Part shown: positions 10,649-20,224 of the stretch, piece after piece | How the letters are laid out: the number at the start of each line of letters is the position of its first letter | Position numbering within the stretch: the first letter of the stretch is position 1 | NCBI GenBank assembly: GCA_964645885.1 | Contig: CAZYCO010000005.1 | Span: forward strand, 1,590-51,370 | Direction of reading: 5' to 3' | Length of the DNA: 49,781 bases | Source: an uncultured Gammaproteobacteria bacterium | GTDB taxonomy: Bacteria > Pseudomonadota > Gammaproteobacteria > CAZYCO01 | Notes under the pieces: model-generated | Told to the model about the DNA's origin: nothing | The model's input: the letters and a program-made list of their open reading frames with translations, nothing else | Database searches by the model: none | Translations under genes and position numbers: made by a program

Positions 10649-11449
10649 TTATTCTTCAGTAGAAATTGCTGAATCAGCAGATTTATCTTTGCCATCAACT
10701 GCCTTTACAGTTAATGATTCTTCAGTGGCTTCAACATTTTCACTGTCTTCAGGAATTGAGATTTGGCTTGCTGCACGTGCGTCTAAAATGCATGTCGCCA
10801 TTGAACTTGCATAAAATTCAATTGCACGAGAAGAGTCATCATTTCCTGGAACCATGAAATCAATACCATCTGGGCTATTGTTGGTATCAACAATACCAAT
10901 AACTGGAATTTGTAAACGATTTGCTTCTAAAACAGCGATTCGCTCATAACCAACGTCAACAACGAAAAGCGCTTCTGGTAAGCCATTCATATCTTTAATA
11001 CCGCCAAGACTGCGATCTAATTTTTCAAGTTCGCGAGATAATTGCAGCGCTTCTTTTTTAATCATGCGATCAAAACCACCACTTGCTTTAAGTGCTTCTA
11101 GATCTTTAAGACGTTTAATAGATTGACGGACTGTTTTGAAGTTAGTGAGCATGCCGCCTAACCAACGATGATCGACAAAAGGCATGCCGCAACGAATAGC
11201 TTGTGCGCGAATAATTTCGCGTGCAGGAGGTTTAGTACCTACAAATAAAACTTTGCCCTTACGAGCTGCGATACGGCTAACATAATTAAGAGCCGCTTCG
11301 AAATGTTTAACTGTTTCTTCAAGATTAATAATGTGAATTTTTTCACGTTCTCCAAAAATGAAAGGAGCCATTTTTGGGTTCCAATAATGAGTTTTATGAC
11401 CGAAGTGAACGCCAGCTTGTAGCATGTCACGCATAGATAAAATAGACAT
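10649..11449 (-). CDS. rpsB: 30S ribosomal protein S2
   Basis: The sequence [27 protein letters not shown] is typical of S2, and a GGAGAAAAC ribosome-binding site precedes the ATG at 11449. The C-terminal tail is acidic. Confidence 0.95.
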   Translation of the reverse strand: MSILSMRDMLQAGVHFGHKTHYWNPKMAPFIFGEREKIHIINLEETVKHFEAALNYVSRIAARKGKVLFVGTKPPAREIIRAQAIRCGMPFVDHRWLGGMLTNFKTVRQSIKRLKDLEALKASGGFDRMIKKEALQLSRELEKLDRSLGGIKDMNGLPEALFVVDVGYERIAVLEANRLQIPVIGIVDTNNSPDGIDFMVPGNDDSSRAIEFYASSMATCILDARAASQISIPEDSENVEATEESLTVKAVDGKDKSADSAISTEE

Positions 11450-11622
11450 ATGTTTTCTCCAGGGTTTAGCCTCCACATATCCCACAATTTGATTCACTTA
11501 ATTGCTTAAGCAAACACCCCAAATCGTGTGTCGACATGTGTGTGTAATTAAAGTAAAAATCCGCGGGCTTTATATCAAAATCGAGACCTAATCGCAAACC
11601 ACGGAAAATGAAGGGATAGACT

Positions 11623-12045
11623 ATGAGTGATGTAACCTTTGAAAATAAGCTTGTTGCCGTTATGAATAAAAGCATTGATCCAGGCAAAATTATGAACGCC
11701 CTAGCTCATATGTGTATTGGCTTTGGTGCAGCGATTGGCAAAGACGCGCTTCGCTTATGCCAATATGTCGATAAAGATAACAATATTCACCCCGATATCT
11801 CCGAAATGCCTTTTATGATTTTACGCGAAAATAGCAATAAAATTCGCCAATTGCGGCAAAAAGCTATTGAAGAGAATATTTTATTTACTGATTTTACCGA
11901 TACCATGACTGTTGGAACTTATGTTGAGCAGCTGGAACGCACCAAACAAACGTCAGAAGCGGATTTGGTGTATTTTGGCATTGTGCTTTTTGGGCCTTGG
12001 GACAAGGTAACCGAGCTCACGAAAAAGTTTTCGTTGTGGAAATAA
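11623..12045 (+). CDS. DUF2000-family protein (PTH2-like fold)
   Basis: This 140-aa ORF has a good ribosome-binding site (GAAGGGA). From memory, its layout matches DUF2000 proteins, with KLVAVMNK, a hydrophobic GxGAAIG segment, YFGIVLFG and a C-terminal LTKKFSLWK. I could not verify this with an HMM. Confidence 0.6.
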   Translation: MSDVTFENKLVAVMNKSIDPGKIMNALAHMCIGFGAAIGKDALRLCQYVDKDNNIHPDISEMPFMILRENSNKIRQLRQKAIEENILFTDFTDTMTVGTYVEQLERTKQTSEADLVYFGIVLFGPWDKVTELTKKFSLWK

Positions 12046-12116
12046 TAGTTTCTTAATGTAAGTCAACATAATTTCTATATACTAAATCCACACTATTAAA
12101 TTTAGAGGCATTGAAT

Positions 12117-12752
12117 ATGCGTTCAGAAAATAAATGGTTAAAAATTCAACAAAATACTGAAGACTGTCCGAAATGCAGATATACCTGGGGTAATTGTAAA
12201 TGTCCTAAAAAACAAGGCGGTTCTAGTAGTGACGCTCAAGAACAAGCAGAAGAAGCTATTTCTGCTAAATCTCATCAAGTTGAACCCTATTCTGATGCAC
12301 CAACTTTAAAACCTAGTGATGCATTCAGTTTAACCTTTACACCAAATGCTAGAAAAACCGAAAGAAACGATGAAGATGAAATTGAACTGACTAAAAAAGA
12401 AAAAGTTAAAGCATATGAAGCTATCGCATCATTTGAAGATATCATCAAAGAATTTGAAAATTTCTTAGCTCAACTTGCTGAGCAACAAAAAACAACAGTC
12501 GCAGAACTACAAAAACAAGGTTACCGTCACGAAGTACGCGGTAACGTATTGGCCCTTTACTTCCCTAATAAATCTCATGCGCAAACTTTTGCTCAAATGC
12601 TAGAAGATAAAGGCATGGTGAAAAAATTAGGATCAGAAGCTACTCCACAACCACGCCCCGGCTCATCAAAAGAAGAAGCTTCTGAAGACGATGAATATCA
12701 ATCGCCTACTCCTTTTGGTCGAATAGGACAACTTCCTCAACTAACCAAGTAA
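12117..12752 (+). CDS. Hypothetical acidic protein with N-terminal CxxC-x8-CxC knuckle
   Basis: AGAGG lies 8 nt upstream of the ATG at 12117. The reading frame is open and non-repetitive for 211 aa. I recognised no family. Confidence 0.6.
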   Translation: MRSENKWLKIQQNTEDCPKCRYTWGNCKCPKKQGGSSSDAQEQAEEAISAKSHQVEPYSDAPTLKPSDAFSLTFTPNARKTERNDEDEIELTKKEKVKAYEAIASFEDIIKEFENFLAQLAEQQKTTVAELQKQGYRHEVRGNVLALYFPNKSHAQTFAQMLEDKGMVKKLGSEATPQPRPGSSKEEASEDDEYQSPTPFGRIGQLPQLTK

Positions 12753-12767
12753 AAATTAATATTTCTC

Positions 12768-12807
12768 GTGGGCATAAGGCTTTCGCCTCTTGCCCACTAC
12801 CCTACAT
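12768..12807. repeat. Degenerate single REP unit (family 2)
   Basis: CGTGGGCATAAGGCTTTCGCCTCTTGCCCACTACCCTACA resembles the consensus GGTGGGCAC-N-TTTGCCCACCCTACA. Confidence 0.6.
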
Positions 12808-12939
12808 CTACTATCAATAAAATGAAGCAACATTTACCACGCTCTAAATAAGGATTACCCATCGCTTCGCGCACAACTTATTTTTTAGATCTAATCTTAT
12901 ATAATATCAATTCAACTATAGGTAATGTGAAAAAACGAA

Positions 12940-14718
12940 ATGAACATTCCAACCAAAAGTACAAATTTCATTTGGCATTTTTTAAAACTACAGCCAATTG
13001 CCTTTTGGATAATTTTTATCACCTGTTTGATTTGGCCATTGAACGAAATAGGTTTTCCTTATTGCATAAAATTAATCATTAATGTTTTAGCAACACATGC
13101 GCCAAATAATCCATTGTTACTTCAGGCGTTACTACCGCCAATCATTACTTTTATGACAATTTGGATTTGCATGGAAATCGCTATGCGTTTACAAGGCATT
13201 ACAGCATCAATTGCAATGCCTAAACTAAGAGCAAATATTCGCGCTGATGTTTTTAATTATATTCTTGATCACCCTCATTCTTATTTTGCTAATCATTTTG
13301 CAGGTAGCATCGCAAATAAAATTTCAGACTTAGCAAACAGTAGTGAACAAATATTAAGTATCTTGTTTTACAATATTATTTCTTTTTCTTTTGCATTCTT
13401 TCTTGCTTTTATTGCAGTGTGGAAAGCAAATCCTTTATTTTTTGTAATTCTATTAAGTTGGTTTGCTCTTCATATGTTATTAGCGTATGTGTTTATTGAT
13501 GAAGAACTGAATGAAACCCATGCTAATGCAGTTTCAACTTTATCTGGAAAAATAGTTGATGCCTTAACCAATAATTTAAATGCACGATTATTTGCACGTA
13601 AAAAATATGAACTGGATTATCTAAAACGTTATCAACAAGATGAAATTGCAAAAGCAAAAAAAGCTTCTTTTCAACTTGAAAAAATGAAACTGTTGCAAGG
13701 CCTACTTGCAATGGCACTTATTTTTTCTATGGTGTTAGGCCTTATTTATGCTTGGGAAAAAAAATTAGTTACGCTAGGTGATATTTCATTAGTCAGCACT
13801 ATTTCTTTCAATATGTTGGGTATGGTTTGGTGGGTCAGTTATCAAATCAATAATTTCGTACGCGAATGGGGTAAATTAAAAGCCGCATTAGAATTAATTA
13901 CTGTAGAGCATGGGATTAAAAATTTAACAGATGCTAAAACATTAGTTATTAAACACGGCGAGATAAAATTTGAAAATGTATCTTTTCACTATTCAAGTGC
14001 AAATAATATTATTTTTGATAATTTATCTGTCACTATTCCTGCTCATAAAAAAGTTGGTTTAGTTGGATTTTCAGGTTCAGGAAAAACCACTTTCGTAAAT
14101 TTAATTTTACGATTTTATGATGAACAAAAAAAAAAAATTTTAATTGATAATCAAAATATTCAAGATGTTACTCAAGAATCATTACGTAAAAATATTGCTG
14201 TTATCCCGCAAGATCCAATGCTTTTTCATCGCACCTTAATCGAAAATATACGTTATGGTCGATTAGATGCATCTGATGAAGAAGTCATACAAGCATCTAA
14301 ACTTGCATTCTGCGATGAATTTATTTCGAAATTAGAACATGGCTATCAAACTTATGTAGGTGAACGTGGCGTTAAATTATCAGGTGGACAACGTCAACGC
14401 GTTGCAATTGCTCGTGCTATTTTAAAAAATGCACCTATATTAATTTTGGATGAGGCAACTTCTTCTCTTGATTCACGTACTGAAAAACATATTCAACAAA
14501 GTTTGCATCAATTAATGAGTAATAGGACCACAATCGTGGTGGCACACCGCTTATCAACATTACAAGATATGGACTGGATTTTAGTGTTTGATAAAGGAAA
14601 AATTATTGAGCAAGGCACGATTGAGCAATTGCTTGAAAACGATGGTCATTTTTCTATGTTATGGCATTTACAGCAAAAAGGATTTTTGCCCGATCAAAAT
14701 GCTCCTTTCGAACAATAA
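12940..14718 (+). CDS. ABC transporter, fused permease/ATPase (MsbA-like type I exporter half-transporter)
   Basis: The N-terminal region has six TM segments. The ATPase domain has Walker A GFSGSGKTT, the signature LSGGQRQR and Walker B ILILDEATSSLD. There is no N-terminal C39 peptidase domain. Confidence 0.9.
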   Translation: MNIPTKSTNFIWHFLKLQPIAFWIIFITCLIWPLNEIGFPYCIKLIINVLATHAPNNPLLLQALLPPIITFMTIWICMEIAMRLQGITASIAMPKLRANIRADVFNYILDHPHSYFANHFAGSIANKISDLANSSEQILSILFYNIISFSFAFFLAFIAVWKANPLFFVILLSWFALHMLLAYVFIDEELNETHANAVSTLSGKIVDALTNNLNARLFARKKYELDYLKRYQQDEIAKAKKASFQLEKMKLLQGLLAMALIFSMVLGLIYAWEKKLVTLGDISLVSTISFNMLGMVWWVSYQINNFVREWGKLKAALELITVEHGIKNLTDAKTLVIKHGEIKFENVSFHYSSANNIIFDNLSVTIPAHKKVGLVGFSGSGKTTFVNLILRFYDEQKKKILIDNQNIQDVTQESLRKNIAVIPQDPMLFHRTLIENIRYGRLDASDEEVIQASKLAFCDEFISKLEHGYQTYVGERGVKLSGGQRQRVAIARAILKNAPILILDEATSSLDSRTEKHIQQSLHQLMSNRTTIVVAHRLSTLQDMDWILVFDKGKIIEQGTIEQLLENDGHFSMLWHLQQKGFLPDQNAPFEQ

Positions 14719-14786
14719 TTTCAAAAATTTATTTATCGATTGAATAATCTTTAAAAAACTTGCTAAGAAATACAATTTCTCTCAAG

Positions 14787-14817
14787 GCACATCATTCTTT
14801 TCGAAAATAAGATGTGC
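14787..14817 (+). terminator. Candidate hairpin terminator after the ABC exporter gene
   Basis: The stems GCACATC and GATGTGC flank an internally palindromic TTTTCGAAAA. The downstream T tract is weak. Confidence 0.3.
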
Positions 14818-14922
14818 TTCAATCATTAAATAAGATGCATTCCAATTAATAAACAAAAACTAATTCATGATAAATTAGCGAGTAACTATTAAAAAAATGT
14901 CTTGTTTTTCCATATGGAGATA

Positions 14923-16356
14923 ATGATGGAGTCAGAATTAAAGATACAAAAAGAATTGAAATCAAAAAAAAGAAAAAATGTGAGTAATCAAAAAACGTCT
15001 AAAAAAAAGCCCTTAGATAATAGAAACAATGAAAAAGAAATTAAAGAAGTTTTAGTTCCATTATTTACCTTACTAAACGCATATGATTTAGACGGTTTTA
15101 AAAAAAAATTAAAGGAACTACTTGAAAAATATAATGAAAATTATCTTAGCGAATTTTTCACATTCACTTATAAATTTAGTGCTAGTGCTTCAATAAAAAC
15201 CACTCTATTAATTCAAACTATTACGCCACAAGGATTAGCGTTTACTTCAATATTATTAGATTATGACGTTAATCTTTCAAAGACTATAGAAAATCAAGCG
15301 AACTCCCGGCTAATAAATCAATTATTTATTCTAATCAGACAGCACCCAGAAACTACACAACAAGTTTATGAACTTTTTCAAAAATTAAATTTTATGCAAT
15401 CTACGCAGATTATTTCTGATATTTTAACCAATTTAAGAAGCTCATATCATCACACTATTGCAGAAATTTTCTTTAGTAAAATACCAACAGAAATGCTATT
15501 TAGTTATGTTGAACAAAAATTAAATTTGTTACGTTCAGATGACTTCAAACCAACCGCGTTTCGTATTGCTGCTGGCGAATTAGATGTAATTTATAAATTT
15601 TCTATTTGTTATGAAACTAATATTGCAGCGCAATCAGCAGAACAACCAGTACATATTCTTTCTACTGACAAATTTGAAAAATTAAAATTTTTTAAATCAA
15701 CTTTATATGAATTATGTTTAGATGTTATTTCTAAAGGTCAAATCGCTAAAGCAAACTATTTTTTTGGTGTCCCTTCTAATTATGCTTTTGGTGCTAGCGA
15801 TGATTTTAAATTTAATTTGGATTATTTTCTTAAACTTCCTGTTGAAATAGATCAATCAGCTAACAAAACTACTTATAACTCAAATTCATTCGCGCATTTT
15901 TTCTATCAGCCTACAAATAATAATTCATCTTTTTCAACTGCTTATATTGTACCGACAACACATTGCATATCACCTTTATTCGCTGCAATTCAATATGTTG
16001 AAAAAAATCCACCATTAACATATACATCTATATTTCGAGAAATATTAAAACAAAATCTCAATATCAATCTTCGTTCTCCAGATAGAGGAGAAACTGCTTT
16101 ACAATTTTCAATTAGAAATTGTTATGTTACGAGTGCAATGGTATTACTTAAATGTGGCGCATTATCATTTGTTGATCCTCAGGATCTTCGAAATAATACG
16201 TTTGAAACATTTTTGAAATATGAGCAAATCGTCTTTAGCGTTGATGATTCGTTTACAACAAAGCTCCATATTTTTTTAAAGCAATTTATGGCTGAATTTG
16301 AAAAAGCAGCCCCTAAATTTAATATTTTTTTAAATGTTAAGATTATGATTTTATAA
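14923..16356 (+). CDS. Ankyrin-repeat-like protein with Lys-rich NLS-like N-terminus (candidate secreted effector)
   Basis: Ankyrin-like units include SPDRGETALQFSIRNCYVTSAMVLLKCGA and ISPLFAAIQYVEKNPP...ILKQNLNINL. The N-terminus has KSKKRKNVSNQKTSKKKP. The start is ambiguous among TTG 14902 and ATG 14914, 14923 or 14926. A GGAG precedes 14923/14926. Confidence 0.65.
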   Translation: MMESELKIQKELKSKKRKNVSNQKTSKKKPLDNRNNEKEIKEVLVPLFTLLNAYDLDGFKKKLKELLEKYNENYLSEFFTFTYKFSASASIKTTLLIQTITPQGLAFTSILLDYDVNLSKTIENQANSRLINQLFILIRQHPETTQQVYELFQKLNFMQSTQIISDILTNLRSSYHHTIAEIFFSKIPTEMLFSYVEQKLNLLRSDDFKPTAFRIAAGELDVIYKFSICYETNIAAQSAEQPVHILSTDKFEKLKFFKSTLYELCLDVISKGQIAKANYFFGVPSNYAFGASDDFKFNLDYFLKLPVEIDQSANKTTYNSNSFAHFFYQPTNNNSSFSTAYIVPTTHCISPLFAAIQYVEKNPPLTYTSIFREILKQNLNINLRSPDRGETALQFSIRNCYVTSAMVLLKCGALSFVDPQDLRNNTFETFLKYEQIVFSVDDSFTTKLHIFLKQFMAEFEKAAPKFNIFLNVKIMIL

Positions 16357-16686
16357 TGTTTTAATTTTAAAAAATACATTTACCGATACAAGATTAGCTA
16401 GTAATTACTTCACTATTGACAGGATTCTCAAACAAAACGAATTTAAAATATTTGAGAAGATGAATTATTCAAGCTCATCAGAAAATTTAACTAGATTACT
16501 TGATAAGTTTTTTCTATTCGTCAACTTAACACTAGCATTTTTAAATGAAGCAGAATTAAACAATATTAATGTTGATACTTATCAAGATAATTTCAATTAC
16601 CATCAAACATTAGAGCAACAAATTGATCCATTTCAAGCGCATGATTCAGCGTTAAATTACAATCAAACTTTGGGGTGTTAAGTATT

Positions 16687-16724
16687 AGAAAAAATATGTC
16701 ACGCAAGTTTTTCACTTGCGTGAC
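16687..16724 (-). terminator. Rho-independent terminator of the sdh-suc operon
   Basis: A perfect 11-bp stem (GTCACGCAAGT / ACTTGCGTGAC) is followed on the minus strand by ATATTTTTT, about 20 nt downstream of the sucD stop. Confidence 0.75.
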
Positions 16725-16743
16725 ATAAATTAGGATGGGAGAT

Positions 16744-17619
16744 TTATTTCAAAACTTCTGCAACTGTTTTACCAATATCAGCTGGTGAGCGAGTTGTACG
16801 TACACCTGCTTTTTCTAGTGCTGCAAATTTTTCTGCTGCTGTTCCTTTACCGCCAGAAATAATTGCACCAGCATGTCCCATACGTTTACCTGCTGGAGCT
16901 GTCACACCAGCGATATATGCGACAACTGGTTTGGTTACTTCTGATTTGATGAATTCTGCAGCTTCTTCTTCAGCAGTTCCGCCAATTTCGCCTACCATAA
17001 TGATCGCTTCTGTCTGTGGATCGGCTTGAAATAATTTTAAAATATCAATGAAATTTGAACCTGGAATTGGATCACCACCAATACCAACGCAACTACTTTG
17101 ACCCAAATTATTTTGTGTAGTTTGAAAAACTGCTTCATAAGTTAATGTACCGGATCGCGATACAATACCAACTCGGCCTGGCATGTGAATATGGCCTGGC
17201 ATAATTCCCATTTTTGCTTGTCCTGGTGTAATCACACCTGGGCAATTTGGTCCAATAAGACGAGTATTTGGATAATTTTTTTCTAAATAATATTTTACTT
17301 CGAGCATATCGAGTACTGGCACACCTTCGGTAATACAAACAATTAATTCAATACCAGCATCTGCTGCTTCGATAATTGAATCTTTACAAAATGGTGCAGG
17401 TACAAAAATTAAACTTGCTTGTGCGCCTGCTTTATCAACTGCTTCTTTAACGGTGTTGAAAATTGGTAAGCCAAGATGAAGTTGTCCACCTTTTCCTGGT
17501 GTCACACCACCAACCATAGTCGTACCATAATCGATACATTGTTCAGAGTGAAAACTACCTTGTGTACCTGTAAAACCTTGGCAAATAACTCTAGTTTCTT
17601 TGCTTAATAAAATACTCAT
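16744..17619 (-). CDS. sucD: Succinyl-CoA synthetase alpha subunit
   Basis: It carries the [14 protein letters not shown] and MGHAGAII motifs (phosphohistidine loop). Confidence 0.96.
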   Translation of the reverse strand: MSILLSKETRVICQGFTGTQGSFHSEQCIDYGTTMVGGVTPGKGGQLHLGLPIFNTVKEAVDKAGAQASLIFVPAPFCKDSIIEAADAGIELIVCITEGVPVLDMLEVKYYLEKNYPNTRLIGPNCPGVITPGQAKMGIMPGHIHMPGRVGIVSRSGTLTYEAVFQTTQNNLGQSSCVGIGGDPIPGSNFIDILKLFQADPQTEAIIMVGEIGGTAEEEAAEFIKSEVTKPVVAYIAGVTAPAGKRMGHAGAIISGGKGTAAEKFAALEKAGVRTTRSPADIGKTVAEVLK

Positions 17620-17644
17620 TTATTTTTACCTTTTAACTTTATTT

Positions 17645-17679
17645 GTTGGGCTTCGTACTTCGTGCAAGCGAAGCCCAAC
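17645..17679. repeat. Hairpin element in the sucC-sucD spacer
   Basis: GTTGGGCTTCG-N13-CGAAGCCCAAC forms an 11-bp perfect stem. Confidence 0.7.
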
Positions 17680-17685
17680 AGCTAA

Positions 17686-18858
17686 TTACTTCTTCACTGC
17701 CTTCACAATTGCTTTAGCTGCTTCTGTTAAATCATTTACAGCCATAATGTTCATACCACTTTCGCTTAATTTTTTAGCGCCTAATTCGGCATTATTTCCT
17801 TGCAAACGCACAACAACAGGTACTTTTACTGCAACATCTTGAATTGCACCAATAATACCGTCTGCAATTAAATCGCAACGCACAATGCCACCGAAAATAT
17901 TTACGAAAATACCTTTTACTTTTTGATCAGCCAAAATAATTTTAAATGCTTCAGTTACACGTTCTTTTGTCGCGCCACCACCAACATCTAAAAAGTTTGC
18001 AGGATTGCCGCCGTGCAATTTAATTAAATCCATGGTTGCCATTGCTAAGCCAGCGCCATTTACCATACAACCAATATCACCATCGAGTGCGATGTAATTT
18101 AATTCCCAATCACGTGCACGATTCTCACGTTCATTTTCTTGAGTTGTATCACGCATTTCACGTAATTTAGATTGACGATAAAGCGCATTGTCGTCGATAT
18201 TAATTTTTGCATCTAAACACAATAAATCGCCTGATTTAGTTACAACTAATGGATTCACTTCAAGCAGACTTAAATCATTTGCAACGAATAAAACACCAAG
18301 TTTCATCAAAATATCAGTGAATTGTTTAATTTGTGGTTGAGTTAATTGCAATCCAAAACCTAATTCACGACATTGATATGGCAATACACCAACAACTGGA
18401 TCAACAACTAATTTTAAAATTTTCTCTGGGTGAGTTTCAGCAACTTTTTCAATTTCAACACCACCTTCAGTTGATACCATGAAAACAATGCGACGTTGTG
18501 CCCGATCAACAACTGCACCAACATATAATTCACGTTCAATATCACATGGTTCTTCAATTAAAAGTTCGTTAACAGGTTGTCCATGCTCATCTGTTTGATA
18601 AGTTACTAAATGTTTGCCTAATAAATCTTGTGCTGCGGCAATTAACGCGTCACGCGAATCAACAACACGAACACCACCAGCTTTACCACGTCCACCTGCG
18701 TGTACTTGTGCTTTCACTACCCAACGATTTTTACCGCTAGTATTAATTCGTTCTGCAACATGTAAAGCATCACTTGCAACTGCGATTATTTCGCCTTTTG
18801 GTACAGGTAAGCCGTATGCTTTAAATAAATCTTTTGATTGGTATTCATGTAAATTCAT
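17686..18858 (-). CDS. sucC: Succinyl-CoA synthetase beta subunit
   Basis: It has the [13 protein letters not shown]-terminus, an ATP-grasp region and the GGIVRCD motif. Confidence 0.96.
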   Translation of the reverse strand: MNLHEYQSKDLFKAYGLPVPKGEIIAVASDALHVAERINTSGKNRWVVKAQVHAGGRGKAGGVRVVDSRDALIAAAQDLLGKHLVTYQTDEHGQPVNELLIEEPCDIERELYVGAVVDRAQRRIVFMVSTEGGVEIEKVAETHPEKILKLVVDPVVGVLPYQCRELGFGLQLTQPQIKQFTDILMKLGVLFVANDLSLLEVNPLVVTKSGDLLCLDAKINIDDNALYRQSKLREMRDTTQENERENRARDWELNYIALDGDIGCMVNGAGLAMATMDLIKLHGGNPANFLDVGGGATKERVTEAFKIILADQKVKGIFVNIFGGIVRCDLIADGIIGAIQDVAVKVPVVVRLQGNNAELGAKKLSESGMNIMAVNDLTEAAKAIVKAVKK

Positions 18859-18885
18859 AATTTTCTTTTTCCTTTAATTGCAAAC

Positions 18886-18969
18886 GGTGGGCACGGCGCT
18901 TTACGCCTTTGCCCACCCTACAAATCAATGCAAATGTAGGGTGGGCAAAGCACGAAGTGCGTGCCCACC
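18886..18969. repeat. Inverted pair of REP elements (family 2, BIME-like) in the sucB-sucC spacer
   Basis: The first unit is GGTGGGCACGGCGCTTTACGCCTTTGCCCACCCTACA. The second, 12 nt later, is its inverted relative TGTAGGGTGGGCAAAGCACGAAGTGCGTGCCCACC. Confidence 0.85.
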
Positions 18970-18981
18970 AATATTTATTTA

Positions 18982-20187
18982 TCAAACATCCAACAATAAT
19001 CTGTTTGGATCTTCTAAAAAGTCTTTGACAGTTACTAAAAATTGCACGGATTCTTTACCATCAATAATGCGATGATCATAAGTAAGTGCAACATACATCA
19101 TTGGACGAATAACGATTTGTCCATTTTCAACAACTGGACGTTCTTGAATTTTATGCATACCTAAAATACCCACTTGTGGTGGATTGATAATTGGTGTTGC
19201 AAGTAAAGAACCAAATACGCCACCGTTAGTAATAGTGAACGTACCACCAGACATATCTTCCATAGTAATTTTGTTGTCGCGTGCACGTTGTGCAAAATCA
19301 TTAATTTGTTTTTCAATTTCTGGCATTGAAAGCTGATCCGCGTCGCGTAACACAGGTACTACTAAACCGCGCTCAGTTGAAACTGCAATACCGATGTCAT
19401 AGTAATCGTGATAAACAATATCATTGCCATCAATTGACGCATTAACAGCAGGAAAGCGTTTTAATGCTTCAGTAACTGCTCTGGTAAAGAACGACATAAA
19501 ACCTAACCGTACGCCATATCTTTTTTCAAATTGATCCTTATATTTAGCGCGAAGTTCCATTACCGCTTTTAAGTTAACTTCATTGAATGTTGTTAACATA
19601 GCTGCTTCATGTTGTGCGCTAACTAAACGTTCAGCAATACGTGCACGTAAACGTGACATTGGCACGCGGCGATCTTGTCTATTTCCAGCCATTGTTTTTG
19701 CTGTAACGCCAGATGTTACAGCTGCAGGTTGTTGTATAGCTTGTGCTACATCTTCGCGAGTTACACGTCCGCCTTTTCCTGTTCCTGTTACTTGAGACAC
19801 ATCAACATCGTGTTCAGTCACCATGCGACGTACGCTTGGTGATAAATCAGATTGCTGTACAGCTTTAGCTGCAACTGCCGCAACAGTTGCTTCGGATGCA
19901 GATTTTTCTGTGGTTGCTTTAGTAACAGTAGCTGTTACTGTTTCTGTTGCTTTTGCAGCATCAATTACAGCTAACAATTCTTCTGCTGTTACGGTTGACC
20001 CTTTTTGTTTTTTAATTTCTTTCAACACCCCTGATGTTGGAGCTGGTACTTCGAGTACAACTTTATCTGTTTCAAGATCAACTAAGTTTTCATCGCGTTG
20101 TACAAAATCTCCGACTTTTTTATGCCATGTTAATACTGTTGCATCTGCAACTGATTCAGGCAGCATCGGAACTTTTACTTCAGACAT
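18982..20187 (-). CDS. sucB: Dihydrolipoyllysine-residue succinyltransferase (E2 of 2-oxoglutarate dehydrogenase)
   Basis: It has a single lipoyl domain ([11 protein letters not shown]), Ala/Thr-rich linkers, a peripheral subunit-binding domain, and a catalytic domain with DHRIIDG. Confidence 0.96.
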   Translation of the reverse strand: MSEVKVPMLPESVADATVLTWHKKVGDFVQRDENLVDLETDKVVLEVPAPTSGVLKEIKKQKGSTVTAEELLAVIDAAKATETVTATVTKATTEKSASEATVAAVAAKAVQQSDLSPSVRRMVTEHDVDVSQVTGTGKGGRVTREDVAQAIQQPAAVTSGVTAKTMAGNRQDRRVPMSRLRARIAERLVSAQHEAAMLTTFNEVNLKAVMELRAKYKDQFEKRYGVRLGFMSFFTRAVTEALKRFPAVNASIDGNDIVYHDYYDIGIAVSTERGLVVPVLRDADQLSMPEIEKQINDFAQRARDNKITMEDMSGGTFTITNGGVFGSLLATPIINPPQVGILGMHKIQERPVVENGQIVIRPMMYVALTYDHRIIDGKESVQFLVTVKDFLEDPNRLLLDV

Positions 20188-20224
20188 ATCGATATCCTTC
20201 TATAATCAGAAAAATTTATTGTCA

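Noticed and set aside
11450-11622. A possible S2-autoregulatory leader of the rpsB-tsf operon in the 5-prime UTR. The minus-strand sequence is ...TTGGGGTGTTTGC...GTGGGATATGTGGAGGCTAAACCCTGGAGAAAAC-ATG.
   Set aside because: Such leaders are known in gammaproteobacteria. I cannot reproduce the conserved pseudoknot by eye or run a covariance model, so I make no call. An Rfam/Infernal scan would decide it.
12046-14922. PmrA-type tandem TTAAT boxes (cTTAATatT-N2-cTTAATatT) upstream of the candidate effector genes at 12117, 14923, 28146 and 42382.
   Set aside because: Isolated TTAAT strings are present, as expected in AT-rich DNA. No tandem pair with the required ~11-bp spacing was found.
16460-16681. 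A 73-aa ORF with an internal peptide repeat (NFNYHQTLE / ALNYNQTLG). I considered it as a small secreted or RiPP-like precursor linked to the nearby ABC exporter.
   Set aside because: There is no usable Shine-Dalgarno spacing (GAGAAG abuts the ATG). The exporter lacks a peptidase domain and is separated from the ORF by another gene. The composition is typical of random AT-rich sequence, so I do not call it a gene.
18878-19075. ORFs that start inside REP elements (18878-19075, 40473-40790, 42245-42433, 42255-42467), with translations such as VGTALYAFAHPTN and [12 protein letters not shown].
   Set aside because: The apparent coding potential comes from translating the palindromic repeats. The ORFs then run antisense into sucB, guaB and other genes.
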